A stretch of DNA of 64,000 nt. It comes from Malacoraja senta. Lineage: Eukaryota. Location: contig CM075990.1 in assembly GCA_038087875.1 (NCBI GenBank), forward strand, positions 3,164,001-3,228,000. Direction: 5' to 3'. Below are positions 20,885-39,320 of this stretch, one piece after another. The first letter of the stretch is position 1, and each line of letters opens with the position of its first letter. A program made the translations under genes and the position numbers. The notes under the pieces were generated by a model, which searched no databases, was not told where the DNA came from, and saw only the letters and a list, made by a program, of their open reading frames with translations.

Positions 20885-21635
20885 ACACAAAATGGTGGAG
20901 TAACTTCATGGGTCAGGCAGCATCTCTGGAGAAAAGGAAGTGATGATGTTTCGGGTTGAGACATTGCACCCTTCATGATGAAAGGTCTCCACCAGAAACG
21001 TCACCTATTCCATTTCTCATGAGATGCTGCCTGACCCGCTGAGTTACTCCAGCATTTCATGTCTATCTTCGGTGTAAACCAGCATCTGCAGTTCCTTCTT
21101 ACAGAAGATGACACAGAGGGCCAGAATAGCTCAGCGGATCAGGCAGCATCTCTGGAGAAAAAGGACAGGTGACGTTTCAAGTCAAGTCAAGTCAAGAGAG
21201 TTTATTGTCATGTGTCCCAGATAGGACAATGAAATTCTTGCTTGCTGCAGCACAACAGAGTATTGTAAGCATAAATAAAGTCGGGAAATCGGGAAGAGTC
21301 GCGATCCAGATGTCACCTATACTTTGTCTCCAGCGATGCTGCCTGACCCGCTCAGTTACTCCAGCACTTTGTGTTGTTCTTTGGTATAAACCAGCACCTG
21401 CAGTTCCTTGTTTCGACAACCTGACACAAAGTGTTGGAGTAACTCAACAGGACTCTGGAGAGCAATGAGCATCGAGCATCTCTGGAGAACATGGACATGT
21501 GGCGTTTCGGTTAGGGTCTCGACCCGTAAACATCACCTATCCATGTTCTCCAGAGATGCCACCTGGCCCACTGAGTTACTCCAGCACTTTGTGTCCTTTT
21601 GTGTAAAACCAGCACCTGCAGTTCCTTGTTTTCTA
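20885..21635. mobile_element. Cluster of three inverted Penelope-pLTR pairs
   Basis: Repeated GGAGTAACTCAGC...GCATCTCTGGAGA / TCTCCAGAGATGC...GAGTTACTCCAGC arms. Confidence 0.7.
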
Positions 21636-22847
21636 CGACCAACAACATGCTTTATTAATGGGAAAAGCCACAGGTTTTTTTAATATATAAAACTTACTGA
21701 ACCTCCAATCAACATTGAGTTATGGCCCATAATGTCGAGATAATCTCTGCGTGCTGTTGCACTTGCAGTACTCCCACTAAATCCGGCTCTTTCACTCTAA
21801 TTAGGAGGCCTTTTAGCACAGCATAACTGTTATTGCATATAGATCTTGGAAATTTCTGCATAGACAGTGCAAGTAATGGTTTCCATGTTTAAAAGTCATT
21901 TCCATAAGTAAGTGCAATCTCTCGACAGTTTGTTCCTGTTTAATGAAGTGAGGTCGTGTTTGCATTCCTTCCAATATCGCAAACTGAAACCAGCCAGGCG
22001 TCCGCTAAAAATTAAGGGGCAAAATTAAAACCTACAATCCAAGTAGAAGATGGTAAAACACTGCGGGGGAACGTGGTCTGACTCCGCTGAATGCATCTCC
22101 ATTTGTTTAAGATATTTTTTTATATATATTTTTGCGGAATTAATGACTTTAATGATAATAAGTGCAAATGACATGGAAGGGAAAATGGTTAACATTTATT
22201 TGTTCTTGCTGTTATCTTATCTGTTGATGTCATTACAATAGCTCGTTCCATCCCATTCTCTCCCATTAGCTTTAGTATCAGGGGCAACCCAGCAAGACTC
22301 CGACAGGGCTATAAATAGTTTCCAAAGACCACATGGAGATCACATCATCTCCACTGAAGCTAATAGCAGGGAAAGAAAAACTCTCTCTTTTTTTTTTCTC
22401 GCTCTCTCTCTCTCTCCGTTCCCTTCGAAGAATTTTGGTCCTGCTTCTTGGAAACCGAGCCAAGACCCGGAACCGACGTGCTCCTGCCTCCTTGCTGTTT
22501 CCTTTCCTCTGGAGGGCCGTGCGGAGTTGAGTCACAGACATCTGCCCTGAAAAGCCAAAGGAAAAGCCTTGCAGATTCTCTCGCGCCTCAGAGCAAATGG
22601 TTACTTTTAGCCCTGTGGTTCATCTCGTTTCCTGAACAGAAGTCTCTGATTTTGTTACCTCATCTCGTGTTCGTCTCTGTTTCTGAAACTAAACGGTTTT
22701 TGAAATTAAATACCAACACACACTTTATAACAATTATTAATGGGAATAATTAATAAATTAATAAATCCATAACCAATAATTAATAAACAACAAATAACAA
22801 CAAACAAACAGCCCTGGCATTATGTGTCAGAGTTTAATGTGATATTA

Positions 22848-23047
22848 NNNNNNNNNNNNNNNNNNNNNNNNNNNNNNNNNNNNNNNNNNNNNNNNNNNNN
22901 NNNNNNNNNNNNNNNNNNNNNNNNNNNNNNNNNNNNNNNNNNNNNNNNNNNNNNNNNNNNNNNNNNNNNNNNNNNNNNNNNNNNNNNNNNNNNNNNNNNN
23001 NNNNNNNNNNNNNNNNNNNNNNNNNNNNNNNNNNNNNNNNNNNNNNN
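22848..23047. other. Assembly gap (200 N)
   Basis: Run of exactly 200 N. Confidence 1.
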
Positions 23048-23197
23048 AAGACTCGTGAAGATTTTTCAACATGATGAAAAATGTCCACCAGAGCCCCGAG
23101 TACCGACGAGTGGCAATTACCGTAAATCTCCGAGTTCAAATCAGGGCAAACTCGGGAGAGCTCTTGGGAATGAACTTTGTACCGCGGGACAGGGCTT
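23048..23197. mobile_element. Harbinger MITE family A, cut by the gap
   Basis: Reverse complement of the family A left half, ending GGGACAGGGCTT-TAA. Confidence 0.75.
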
Positions 23198-23224
23198 TAA
23201 GTGGGACAGGACCTTCAGGAACAC

Positions 23225-23535
23225 AGAGTGGTGCAGCAGTAGAATTGCGGCCTCATAGCTTCAGAGACCTGGGTTCTATCCTAACCACGGGTGCTGTCTG
23301 TGTGGAGTTGGCACATTCTCACTGTGACTGCGTGGTTTTCTCCTGGGTGCTCCGATTTCCTCCCATATCCCAAAGATGTGCAGATTTGTAGGTTAATTGG
23401 CTTCTGTAAATTGCCCCTAGTTTGTAGGGAGTGGAGGTGAAGATGGGATAACATAGAACTAGTGTGAATGGGTGATCATTGGTCGGCGTGGACTGAAGGG
23501 CCTGTTTCCATGCTGTATTTTCAAACTGAATTAAA
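23225..23535 (+). mobile_element. HE1-like V-SINE (older)
   Basis: Diverged head, V-domain and tail. Confidence 0.75.
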
Positions 23536-23773
23536 CTATTGCAAGAAACACTCAGCAGGTCAGGCCACAACTGTGACAAGAGAAGTAGAGCTCATGTTTC
23601 AAATTCCGCATCCTTTGACAGAGAGCCTCTCGGTTGTTCCTCACCGCAGCCAAAAAGGAGAAGCAATAAAATCTAACCGAGTCAACATGAGAACAAGTTA
23701 AAGGAAGTAGAGCCAACCACATTGGGTCCATGTGTCCAAACCAGTACCACAGGGAGAGTGTGATAGTCTCATT

Positions 23774-28353
<4,580 letters not shown>

Positions 28354-28711
28354 TTTTATTTTACAATTGACTGTCAACTGGCTCTAGGTTTTGATTTAAA
28401 AGTTTATTTTCAATTATTGATTATTATTATTATTATAGTTGCGGTTTATTCCATGTATATGATGGCGAGTCTTGCTTATGGTGACCCCTCTGTTGTACAT
28501 CTGGCTGAGATTTACGGGACCTCGTTTTGTGTGGGGAAATGGGGTTCTTTTAATATTACAGCAGAAAGAAACATAGAATGTTGAACAGTGGAGCGCAGGT
28601 CACAGGCCCTTCGGCCCATAACTATGCCAAATATGATGCTAAGACACAAAATGCTGGAGTAACTCAGCAGGACAGGCAGCATCTCTGGACAGAAGGAAGG
28701 GGTGACATTTC

Positions 28712-29060
28712 AATAGACAATAGACAATATATGCAGGAGTAGGCCATTCGGCCCTTCGAGCCAGCACCGCCATTCAATGTGATCATGGCTGATCATCCCC
28801 AATCAGTACCCCGTTCCTGCCTTCTCCCCATATCCCCTGACCTCCGCTATCTTTAAGAGCCCTATCTAGCTCTCTCTTGAAAGCATCCAGAGAACCTGCC
28901 TCCACCGCCCTCTGAGGCAGAGAATTCCACAGACTCACCACTCTCTGTGAGAAAAAGGTTTTCCTCGTCTCCGTTCTAAATGGCTTACTTATTCTTAAAC
29001 TGTGGCCCCTGGTTTGTGGACTCTCCCGCATCGGGAACATGTTTCCTGCCTCTAGCATGT
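28712..29060 (-). mobile_element. CR1/HER1-like 3' end inside a Penelope foldback (28640-29205)
   Basis: ORF 28783-29076 plus tail. Confidence 0.85.
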
Positions 29061-29582
29061 CCGAGTTTCTGGTCAAGACCCTTCTTCAGACGAAAGAACA
29101 CTTCTCCAGTCTGAAGAAGGGTCTCAATCCAAAACGTCACCTATTCCTTCTCTCCAGGGATGCTGCCTGTCCCGCTGAGTTACTCCAGCATTTTGTGTCT
29201 ATCTTAGGAGTTTCCAAAGATTGTGACAATTAATTAAGCAGCACACGTATGCTCTCGTTCATTTAATATGTAAATATATGATCAAAACAGCCTTGCCCTG
29301 TAGTTAGTTTAATTTAATTTGGCTTAGTTTAATTTAGCTTAGCGGGCACTTTCTAATTTTGATTTTGTCTGTCTGACTCGGTTGGCCGAAGGGCTTGTTT
29401 CCGTGCTGTATCTCTGAACTAAACTAACGTTGATGCAAAGAAGAAGTCACAACATCAGAGAGACACAAAGTGCTGGAGTAACTCAGCAGGACAGGCTGAA
29501 GAAGTGTCCCAACCTGAAACGTCTCCCATTCCTTCTCTCCAGAGATGCCGCCTGTCCCGTTGAGTAACTCCAGCACTTTGTG

Positions 29583-29860
29583 TCAAGTCAAGTCAAGTCA
29601 CTTTTATTTCTATAGCACATTTAAAAAACAACTCTCGTTGGCCAAAGTGCTTTACATTGGTGGAGGTACTAACGTTATACAACAGTGGTTCATAGATTAA
29701 GTACAGACATAAATACATACATATAGCCCTCCCTCCGAGCACATCAAGAAAGGCTTGAGAGTAAAGATGAGTTTTAAGTCTTGACTTAAAGGAGTCGATG
29801 GAGGGGGCAGTTCTGATGGAAGAGGGATGCTGTTCCACAGTCTAGGAGCTGCAACTGCAG
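29583..29860 (-). mobile_element. L2-clade LINE 3' end
   Basis: AVAAPRLWNS.P..IRTAPSIDSFKSRLKTHL; (TGACT)n tail; sister copy at 57275-57497. Confidence 0.8.
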
Positions 29861-30086
29861 TTTTAACGTCAGTTTTAACCAACATCTGCAGTTCCTTCCG
29901 ACACAAAACGTCTCCTCTGCGACACTTCCTACAGCATGATTTTTAGCAGCACCAATGCTTGTCACGGTGCTAACACCTACCTAACAGTGGTTGAATATTG
30001 AAGTATCATTCCCTCAGAGTCATTCCAAGAACCACTTTAAGCAGCACAAAGGAGCAGATGGTAGAGCTGCTGCCTCACAGCGCCAG

Positions 30087-30555
30087 ATACATAGATACAT
30101 AGATACATAGAAAATAGGTGCAGGAGTAGCCATTCGGCCCTTCGAGCCTGCACCGCCATTCAATATGATCATGGCTGATCATCCAACTCAGTATCCCGTA
30201 CCTGCCTTCTCTCCATACCCCCTGATCCCTTTAGCCACAAGGGCCACATCTAACTCCCTCTTAAATATAGCCAATGAACTGGCCTCAACTACCCTCTGTG
30301 GCAGAGAGTTCCAGAGATTCACCACTCTCTGTGTGAAAAAGTTTTTCCTCATCTCGGTCTTAAAGGATTTCCCCCTTATCCTTAAGCTGTGACCCCTTGT
30401 CCTGGACTTCCCCAACATCGGGAACAATCTTCCTGCATCTAGCTGTCCAACCCCATAAGAATTTTGTACGTTTCTATAAGATCCCCTCTCAATCTCCTAA
30501 ATTCTAGCGAGTATAAGCCAAGTCTATCCAGTCTTTCTTCATATGAAAGTCCTGA
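30087..30555 (-). mobile_element. CR1/HER1-like 3' fragment inserted in a SINE (30045-30802)
   Basis: ORF 30188-30427; SINE head left of it, SINE body right of it. Confidence 0.85.
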
Positions 30556-30924
30556 ACTCGGGTACCGTCTATGTGGAGTTTGTACATTCTCCCTGTGACT
30601 GCGTGGGTTTTCTCTGAGTGCTCCGGTTTCCTTCCACACTCTAAAGATGTACAGAAATGTAGGTAAATGGGCTTGGTCGTAAACGTTTCCGTAGTGTGTG
30701 TAGGATAGTGTTAATGTGTGGGGATTGATGGTCAGCGTGGACTCGGTGGGCCGAAGGGCCTGTTTCTGCACTGCATCTCGAGGCTAAACTGAAATAAACT
30801 AAGTTGGCTCAGTTTGTACTGTGTGTTGAGATTTGTCAACATGCAAAGAAAAATACGTAAACCCCGCTCTTTTAATTATATGAATCCTGCAATAAACCTA
30901 TAAGCAGTCTGAAGAAGGGTCTCT

Positions 30925-31418
30925 TAGAAACATAGAAACATAGAAACATAGAAAGTAGGTGCAGGAGGAGGCCATTCGGACCTTCGAGCCAGCACCGCCA
31001 TTCATTGTGATCATGGCAGATCGTCCCCTATCAATAACCCGTCCCTGCCTTCTCCCCATATCCCTTGACTCCACTAGCCCCTAGAGCTCTATCTAACTCT
31101 CTCTTAAATCCATCCAGTGACTTGGCCTCCACTGCCCTCTGTGGCAGGGAATTCCATAAATTCACAACTCTCTGGGTGAAAACGTTTTTTCTCACCTCAG
31201 TCTTAAATGGCCTCCCCTTTATTCTAAGACTGTGGCCCCTGGTTCTGGACTCGCCCAACATTGGGAACATTTTTCCTGCATCTAGCTTGTCCAGTCCTTT
31301 TATGATTTTATATGTTTCCATAAGATGGCCCCTCATCCTTCTAAACTCCAGTGAATACAAGCCTAGTCTTTTCAATCTTTCCTCATATGCCAGTCCCCGC
31401 CATCCCAGGGATCAATCT
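30925..31418 (-). mobile_element. CR1/HER1-like 3' fragment
   Basis: ORF 31031-31375. Confidence 0.9.
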
Positions 31419-31599
31419 CATTTCTTTTCTCCAGAGATGCTGCCTGACCCACTGAGCAATTCCAGCATTTTGTGTCTATCTTCAGCCTATCTTAAAAGAT
31501 GTCTCATGCATTTTAGATTCTTCAGATATAGAATACGCATACGATTTCAACACCAGCTAGACCGTGAAGAGAGAATTAAAAAGAATGAAAACCAGATGA

Positions 31600-31897
31600 A
31601 GGGCGGCACGGTGGTGTATCAGTAGAGCTACTGCCTCACAGCGCCGGAGACCTGGGTTCGATCCTGACTACGGGTGCTGCCTGTACGGAGTTTGCATGTT
31701 CTCCCCGTGACCTGCGTGGGTTTTCTCCGAGATCTTTGGTTTCCTCCCACACTCCAAAGACGTACAGGTTAATTGGCTTGGTATAAAATGTAAAAGATTG
31801 TCCCCAGTGTGTGTGTGGGGTAGTGTTAATGTGCGGCGATCGCTGGTTGGCGTGGACTCGGTGGGCCGAAGGGCCCGCGCTGTATCTCTAAACTAAA
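31600..31897 (+). mobile_element. HE1-like V-SINE
   Basis: Head, V-domain and tail. Confidence 0.85.
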
Positions 31898-32025
31898 AAG
31901 TAAACAGACAAAGAAAAAAAAGAGGAACTAAATAAAAGCAGTAGGTGAGTAAAGTGTAAAGTAGATTAGAATAGGGAATACATTGATGGCGTTGGCCCAA
32001 TACACTGTAGCATCAACAGTAGAGG

Positions 32026-32163
32026 ATAGACACAAAATGCTGGAGTAACTCAGCGGGACAGGCAGCATCTCTGGAGAGAAGTGATGCCCCATGACCTGCT
32101 GAGTTACTCCAGCGTTTTGTGTCTATCTTCGGTTTAAACCAGCATCTGCCATTCCTTCCTACA
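32026..32163. mobile_element. Penelope-pLTR foldback element
   Basis: Inverted arms; 15-bp direct flanks CATCAACAGTAGAGG (32011-32025, 32164-32178). Confidence 0.75.
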
Positions 32164-32899
32164 CATCAACAGTAGAGGCACCTTTCAGATTAAAACCATA
32201 ATTAGCTTCAGCCTTAAGTGGCACTTCAGATACAGTACCTGACACACAGGAGGGTCTCGACCCGGAACGTCACCCATTCCTTCTCCCCAGAGATGCTGCC
32301 AGTCCCGCTGAGTTACTCCAGCTTTTTGTGTCTATCTTCAGTTTAAACCCAGCATCTGAAGTTCCTTCCAACACAAACATTACGATGTCTCTTGAAATAG
32401 ATCTGTTCTGAGGTTTCAAAGGTTCAGCGTATGAAAGGCACCTTTCAGATTAAAACTGCAAAACCTCTCTTCCCTCTTGATGCAGAAGCATGGGTCATGA
32501 TCACCCTTATCCTTCCATTCAAATGGTACATGCAGGCACGCACCTCTACAACCCACTACAACCAGAACAAATTGCTTTTTATGACCCTATGTTTGTCTAG
32601 AGACAGGCTGGGGGGAATTTGGCTTTTGGTTTTTGCAGCAATAACAACTAAGCCACTTTCTCTCACGCTGTGAGGAGCCATTTTAGTGCCTCGATGTCAA
32701 TTGCACGACAAATGCAGAGGTCATTGTTTTTTTTTTCAGAAGTCCCCATTAACTTTCGGTTTCCATGGCTAAGCTTGCAGCGATGGCTGGGTGGTGAAGT
32801 TAAACAGAGGAGGCCACACCACCATTCTCCCTCACGTATCAAGAAGACAACTGCATCCAGCTTGCTCACCGCTTTCAGCACTGATGGGGCTGAGCATCT

Positions 32900-33545
32900 A
32901 TGAGGCGCTGGTCAGACCGCATTTGGAGTATTTTTGGGCCCCGTATCTGAGGAAGGATGTGCTGGCGTTGGAGAAAGTCCAGAGGAGGTTTTACGAGAAT
33001 GTTCACAAGAAAGAAGGTAGACACAAAATGCTGGAGTAACTCAGCGGGTGAGGCAGCATCTCTGGAGAGAAGGAATGGGGGACGATTCGGGCTTCAATGA
33101 GTGGGTTAACAAATCATGAGCGTTTAACAGCACTGTGGAGTTTAGAAGGACGAGGGGGCACCTCATTGAAACTTACCGAATAGTGAAAGGCCTGGATAAA
33201 ATGGACGTGGAGAGGATGGTTCCAATAGTGGGAGAGTCTAGGACCAGAGGCCATAGCCTTAGAATAAAAGGATGCACACATGAAAGGAGATGAGGAGGAA
33301 TTTATTTAGTCAGAGGGTGGTGAATCTGTGGAATTCATTGCCACAGACGGCTATAAAGGCCAAGTCATTGGATATTTTTAAGGCGTAGATTGACAAATTC
33401 TTGATTAGTATGGGTGTCAGGGATTATGGGTAGAAGGCAGGAGATTGGGGTTTGGAGAGAGAGATAGATCAGCCATGATTGAATGGCGCAGTAGACATGA
33501 TGGGCCGAATGGCCTAATTCGACTCCGATAATATGAACATATGAT
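32900..33545 (+). mobile_element. Older CR1 3' fragment
   Basis: [30 protein letters not shown] and 3' UTR. Confidence 0.8.
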
Positions 33546-33704
33546 GATATTACTTGGTTTGAGTTGGAATTCTGAAGTATACCGTGCGTCTTCCCACGTT
33601 AATTGATAAGGCTACAAGGTGATACGGCTGATCAATGTAGATAAGAAGTCATGAACTTAGATTTTTTATTGTAACTTGTATATGTTTTAAAATCAAGAGC
33701 AGCA

Positions 33705-33960
33705 TCAGAGACGAATCAAGGGTATACTCGGCACTGTTTCACCGAACACTTGCGTTCAGTCCGCCAAGGCCTGCTGGATCTCCCGGTTGCCAACCATTTT
33801 AACACTCCTTCCCATTCCCACACTGACCTTCCTGTCCAAGGCCTCCTCCATTGCCAGAGTGAAGCCACACACAAACTAGAGGAGCAGCACTTCATATTCC
33901 ACTGGTCCTAAAATCCAGTGGTAAGACCATTGGATTCCCCAAGGTTAGGTAACTTAAACA
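33705..33960 (+). mobile_element. Degenerate Penelope GIY-YIG fragment
   Basis: Homologous to 43030-43260. Confidence 0.7.
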
Positions 33961-34204
33961 TGCCCCCCTACTTTCCCCACCCACCACTCTCTTTCCCTGC
34001 CCCCCTCTATACCCAAACTAAACTCACACCTACTTCTCCACTCCCCCTCCCATTCTAGCTTCACAATTTGTGCCTTTCAATACTTTTGTCTCACACCTTT
34101 TGTCTTTTCATCACTGTCCTTTGTCCAACCATCTGCCTATCGACCTTCCCTCACCTGTATCAACCTATAACCAGCTGAGCTTTTTATCCCAGTTCTCATC
34201 GGCT

Positions 34205-34675
34205 GAGTTATTGAGTCATAGAGTGATACAATGTGGAAACAGGTCCTTCGGCCCAACTTATCCACACTGCCAACATGTCCCAGCTACAATAATCCCACCT
34301 GCCTGCCCTTGGGCGATATCCCTCCAAACCTGTCCTATCCATGTACCTGTCGAACTGTTTCTTAAACGTTGGGATAGTCCCTGCCTCAACTACATCCTCT
34401 GGCAGCTTGTTCCGTACACCCATCACCCTCTGTGCGATAAAGTTTACCCCCTCAGATTCCTATTAAATCTTTCCCCCTCATCTTGAACCTATGTCCTCTG
34501 GTCCTCGATTCCCCTACTCTGGGCAAGAGACTCTGTGCATCTACCCGATCTATTCCTCTCATGGTTTTGTACACCTCTATAAGATCACCCCTCATCCTCC
34601 TGCGCTCCAAGGAATAGTGTCCCAGACTACTCAACCTCTCCCAATAGCTCACACCCTCTAGTCCTGGCAACATCG
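34205..34675 (-). mobile_element. CR1 3' fragment (second subfamily)
   Basis: SLERRRMRGDLIEVYK...RTRGHRFK. Confidence 0.85.
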
Positions 34676-35039
34676 TCGTTACTCCAGTACTTTGTGTTTT
34701 TATGCTATATATAGATAGACACGGCAATGCTATTCCAAGGTGCAATGCATACCAGGAGGAGTCGAGGAATCACACTGCCTCTAGATGCAGTGACAGTTTT
34801 TTAGAACGTCTCAAGGATTTAGTCCTCGACAGTCACTTTAATTGATGACCTTGGACCAGACTCCTTGGAAGTCTGCACCAGAATCCCAGCCTCATACCAC
34901 GCCCCAGACTACGTATAAATCCCACCCACATAATTACAGGCAGATAAAATTGAAAGGTAACTGGTTATAGTTATAACATACTGAGTTAAGCTAAATGGCT
35001 ACTACACTGCCTTTTACTGGGAAAGCATTTGTTCATTAA

Positions 35040-35380
35040 TGGGCCTGTCCCACTTACGCAACTTTTTCGGCGACTACCGGCACCTGTCATAGGTCGTTGC
35101 AGGTCTCCGAAAATGTTCAACATGTTTAAAATCCAGCGACGACCAGAACAAGGTACGACTTTTTGGGCGGCGACTCACGACCATCCAGGCTTCATCCCGC
35201 GACATGTCGCCAGGGTGTCGCCTGTACGGTCGTGAGTCGTCTCCTTAGTCGCACAAAGAGTCGTAACGTCTTTCTGATCGCTGCTGGATTTTCAACATGT
35301 TGAACATTTTCGGCGACCTGCAACGACCTATGACGGGCGCCGGCAGTCGCCAAAAAAGTCGCACAAGTGGGACAGGCCCA
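35040..35380. mobile_element. PIF/Harbinger-type MITE, family B
   Basis: Long (about 110-bp) imperfect TIR starting TGGGCCTGTCCCACTT; TAA/AAA flanks. Confidence 0.85.
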
Positions 35381-35925
35381 AAAGCATATTCTCACTGAAG
35401 AGCATAGAACTACAGATGCTGGAATCTTGAGCCAAACACAAAGCGCTGGGGAAACTTAGTGAGTCAGGCAGCATCTATGGAGGGAGTGGACAGATTACGT
35501 TTCAGGTCAGGGCGCCTCTGTTCATTCCTTCCACCAAAGCCGTCTGACCCATTGAGTTCTTCCAGCGCTTTATATTCTCATTGATCCTGACTCCCCAAAT
35601 GACTGCCAAATAGATTCTTGATTAGTACGTGTGTCAGAGGTTATGGGGAGAATGGGGTTAGGAGGGAGGGATAGATCAGCCGTGATTGAATGGCGGAGTA
35701 GACTTGATGGGCCAAATGGCCTAATTCTACTCCTATTCCTTATGACCATGTTGCTGAGATAGGGCAGAAAGCGTAACAGCGGTTATCTATATAATCTTCT
35801 CACAGTCTGAAGAAGAGTCTTGACCAGAAACGTCACCTACCCGTGTACTCCATAGCTGCTGCTAACACGCTGAGTTACTCCAGGACTTTGTGTCCTTTCG
35901 TGGATTGATCAACATCTGCAGTTCT

Positions 35926-36894
35926 TTCTTTCTTTTTTTCTTTTAAAATCTTTTTATTAGCTTTTTTTTTCAAAAACAAAAACAAAACAACAGCAAAAGA
36001 AAGAATAATGATAAACATAACAATGATATTGATACATAGGGATCAGGGTTACATTAATAACAGGTATAACCTAAATATGAGTCCAGTGTCAAAATACACA
36101 TTGAATATAGACCTCTATGTAAATATAGTTAAATGTTTAAAAGAAAACATATATAAAAAAAGCAAAAAGATAAAAAGAAAAAAAAGAAAAAAAAGAGAAA
36201 AAAGGAAAAAAATTAAAAAAAACTAAATTAGAGGAAAAAAAAGCAAAACAGAATTTGGGCTGCAAAGAATTTCAACAATTTAAGTCCCTGTTTGTCGTCA
36301 AGTCCGTTCCACCTTATAAAGGTTAAAAAAAAATTATAACGGTTGGAGAGGGGACAATTTATGTTGTGTGAAAATGTTGAATAAATCTTCCCCAAGACCT
36401 ATCAAATTTAACCAAGGGTTCAACAATGTCACTCCTAATTTGTTCTAAATTTAAACATGATATCGTTTCAGAGTACCAATGGAATGTGGTCGGAGGGTTA
36501 GAGTCTTTCCATTTAAATAAAATAGATCTTCTGGCAATTAATGTAGTGAAAGCAATCAGCCGATGGGCGGAACGAGACAAATGAATAGAATCTAACATTG
36601 GTAGCCCCAAAATTGCAATAAATAGAAGAGGTTGTAAATCAATACCTAAAACTACAGAAATAGTATCAATAATGTATTTCCAATATTTTTCCAAAAGTGG
36701 GCAGGACCAAAACATATGGGTCAGTGAGGCCACTTCAGAGTTACATCTGTCACAGGTAGGATTTATATCTCCATAAAAACGAGCTAACTTATCTTTTGAC
36801 ATATGAGCTCTGTGAACCACCTTGAATTGTATCAAAGCATGTCTTGCACACATTGAGGAAGTATTAACTAATTGAAGAATCTGTTCTTCTCTCT
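35926..36894 (-). mobile_element. L1-clade LINE 3' fragment
   Basis: ORF 36359-36853 with CDRC..SLTHMFWSC knuckle; T-rich 3' UTR; A-rich tail; 9-bp TSD TGCAGTTCT. Confidence 0.85.
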
Positions 36895-37045
36895 TGCAGT
36901 TCTGTTTCTACCTCATCTTCTTACTGCCTGGTTCATCCTTCCAATCAAGGATGAATTGTTTTTACGAGAGACACAATTACTCAGTGGGTCTATTTTGTGT
37001 CTATCTTTGGTGTAAACCAGCATCTGCAGTTCCTTTCTACACATA

Positions 37046-37560
37046 TGCGCAGCGGTAGAGTTGCTGCCTTCCAGAGCCAGAGACCTGGGTTTGATCCTGA
37101 CCACAGGTGCTTGTCTGTACCGGGGTTGTACGTTCTCCCCGTGACCTGCGTGGGTTTTCCCCGAGATCTTCGGTTTCTTCCCACACTCCAAAGACGTACA
37201 GGTTTGTAGCTAAATTGGTTTGGTGTAAATGTAAATTGTCCCTGCTGTGTGTGTAGGATAGCGTTAAGTGCCTGTCCCACTTGGGCATCATTTGCGCGTC
37301 ATTTACGTGTCACGACGCACGACCCGCATGTCGTGATGCGCACGTAATGCGCGCACGGTGCGTGGTGACGTAAGCAGTGACGCGCGGTCGCGCGCGGCGC
37401 CCCAGGATTTTGGGATGTACAAAATCTTCGTGCGCCATCTGCGTGACGCGTAAATGACGCCCAAGTGGGACAGGCCCTTTAATGTGCAGAGATTGCTGGT
37501 CGATGTGACTCGGTGGGCCGAAGGGCCTGTTTCCGCGCTGCATATCTCTGAACTAAACTA
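37046..37560 (+). mobile_element. HE1-like V-SINE interrupted by a MITE
   Basis: SINE halves flank 37267-37478. Confidence 0.85.
37267..37478. mobile_element. PIF/Harbinger-type MITE, family C (CpG-dense)
   Basis: TIR AG.GCCTGTCCCACTTGGGC.TCATTT; TTA TSD. Confidence 0.85.
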
Positions 37561-38494
37561 TCATATCATCATATTATCACATTGTCTAATCATGAGTTTC
37601 ACTTGTACCTGTCCACTAATCTCTATTAATATCTGTCACATCCTTTTTACCACTACAACTCTATTGTTCCAATGCTCGCTATTAATTTCTGTCCTCATAT
37701 TTCCATTAATCTGATATGAATATTCCTGAATAAATATGATCTTTTCTCATCTATATTAACTCCTGTCACTGTTTTCCTTTCAATACCACGACCCAATTAA
37801 TTGTTGCTCTCGTAGCAATATTGACATCAATGAACTTCCCTGATCATTAGTGGATATCTATCCACATTCATATATTTGCCTTTAACTATTTCCTCATATC
37901 AGATCATATGAATCCAATTTTAATCCTACATATTTTTAATAACAACATTATCCACCCTACATTCTTAATACTATATCTGTATGCTTCCATTCTTACCTGT
38001 TTGCATACCTAAGCAATTTCCTTTCTATTAGTTTTTGGCAGCTCTCCCGAATCAATTAATTTCTTTATTAAACTCTACCCTGTATCAATATTAATGATCT
38101 CACTAATATATCTATCAACATGTCTCTGAATCACCTGAAAAGCTGTTTTGGTATCATAATGCATATCTGAATATGAATACATGATCTCTCACCATTTGGC
38201 TTTTCATGTTCCTGTGTCTGAACAAATACTATTTTTAATCGGAATCTGAGGGGTATCTTTTACATATAAAGGGTGTTGGGTGTGTGGAACAAGCTGCCGG
38301 AGGAGGTAGTTGAGGCACGGACTATCCCAACGTTTCAGAAACAGTTAGACAGGTACATGGATAGAACAGGTTTGGAGGGATATGGACCAAACGCGGGCAG
38401 GTGGGACTAGTGTAGCTGGGACATGTTGGCCGGTATGGCCAAGTTGGCCCGAAGGCCACATTGTATCACTCTATCACTATTTATTTAGACAACA

Positions 38495-39320
38495 AGGTCA
38501 TTAGAAATTGGAGCAGAATTAGGCCATTCAGCCCCTCTACTCCGCCATTCAATCATGGCTGATCTATTTTTCTCTCTCAACCCCATTCTCCTGCCTTCTC
38601 CCCGTAACCTTTGACACCCGCACTAATCAAGAACCTGTCAATCTCTGCCTTAAAAATATCCAATGTCTTGGTCTCTACAGCCATCTGTGGCAAAGAATTC
38701 CACAGATTCACCACGCTCTGACTAAAGGCATTTCTCCTCATCTCCGTTCTAAAGTTACTTCCTTTTATTCAGAGGTTGTGTCCTCTGGTTCTGAACTTTC
38801 GCATTACTGGAAACCAAAGATTCTATAGCGAGCAAGATAGTGCACTCAACGAAAATGACGTAGTATGGTCATGGGCAGATTCATGGGTAATTTTCGGCCC
38901 CATTTCCGTAACCAAAGATCCCATAGGATAATAGTGCGGAGACGGAAGCCGGTTACGGAAACATCCTCATAAAAATAAAAGTTATTTGGTAAAAATCTTC
39001 TCCTCGTTTTCAGAATTTTAATTTATTAACACAAACTGTTCCCCTGCAACGTTGACTACACTGCGAGTCGGGTCGGGTCGGGTTGGGTCGGGTCGGGTTA
39101 CGGAAATGGATGAAAAAAAGGCCCACGTTCCGTTCCGTTGCGTACTACACGTCAGCCCATTGCATTTAGCGGGAGTGGTCTATCTTGCTCCACTATAGGA
39201 TCTTTGCAGGAAACATCCTTTCCACATGCGCTTTATCTACCCCTTTCATTATTGGGCAGGTTTCAATGAGATCCCCCCTCATCCTTCTAAACTCCAGCGA
39301 GTACAGACGCAAAGCTTTCA
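38495..39320 (-). mobile_element. Older CR1 3' fragment interrupted by a hAT MITE
   Basis: CR1 3' UTR and C-terminus on both sides of 38815-39206. Confidence 0.75.
38815..39206. mobile_element. Non-autonomous hAT element, same family as 12367
   Basis: TIR CAAAGAT.CTATAG; 8-bp TSD CTGGAAAC/CAGGAAAC; internal (GGGTC)n. Confidence 0.85.
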
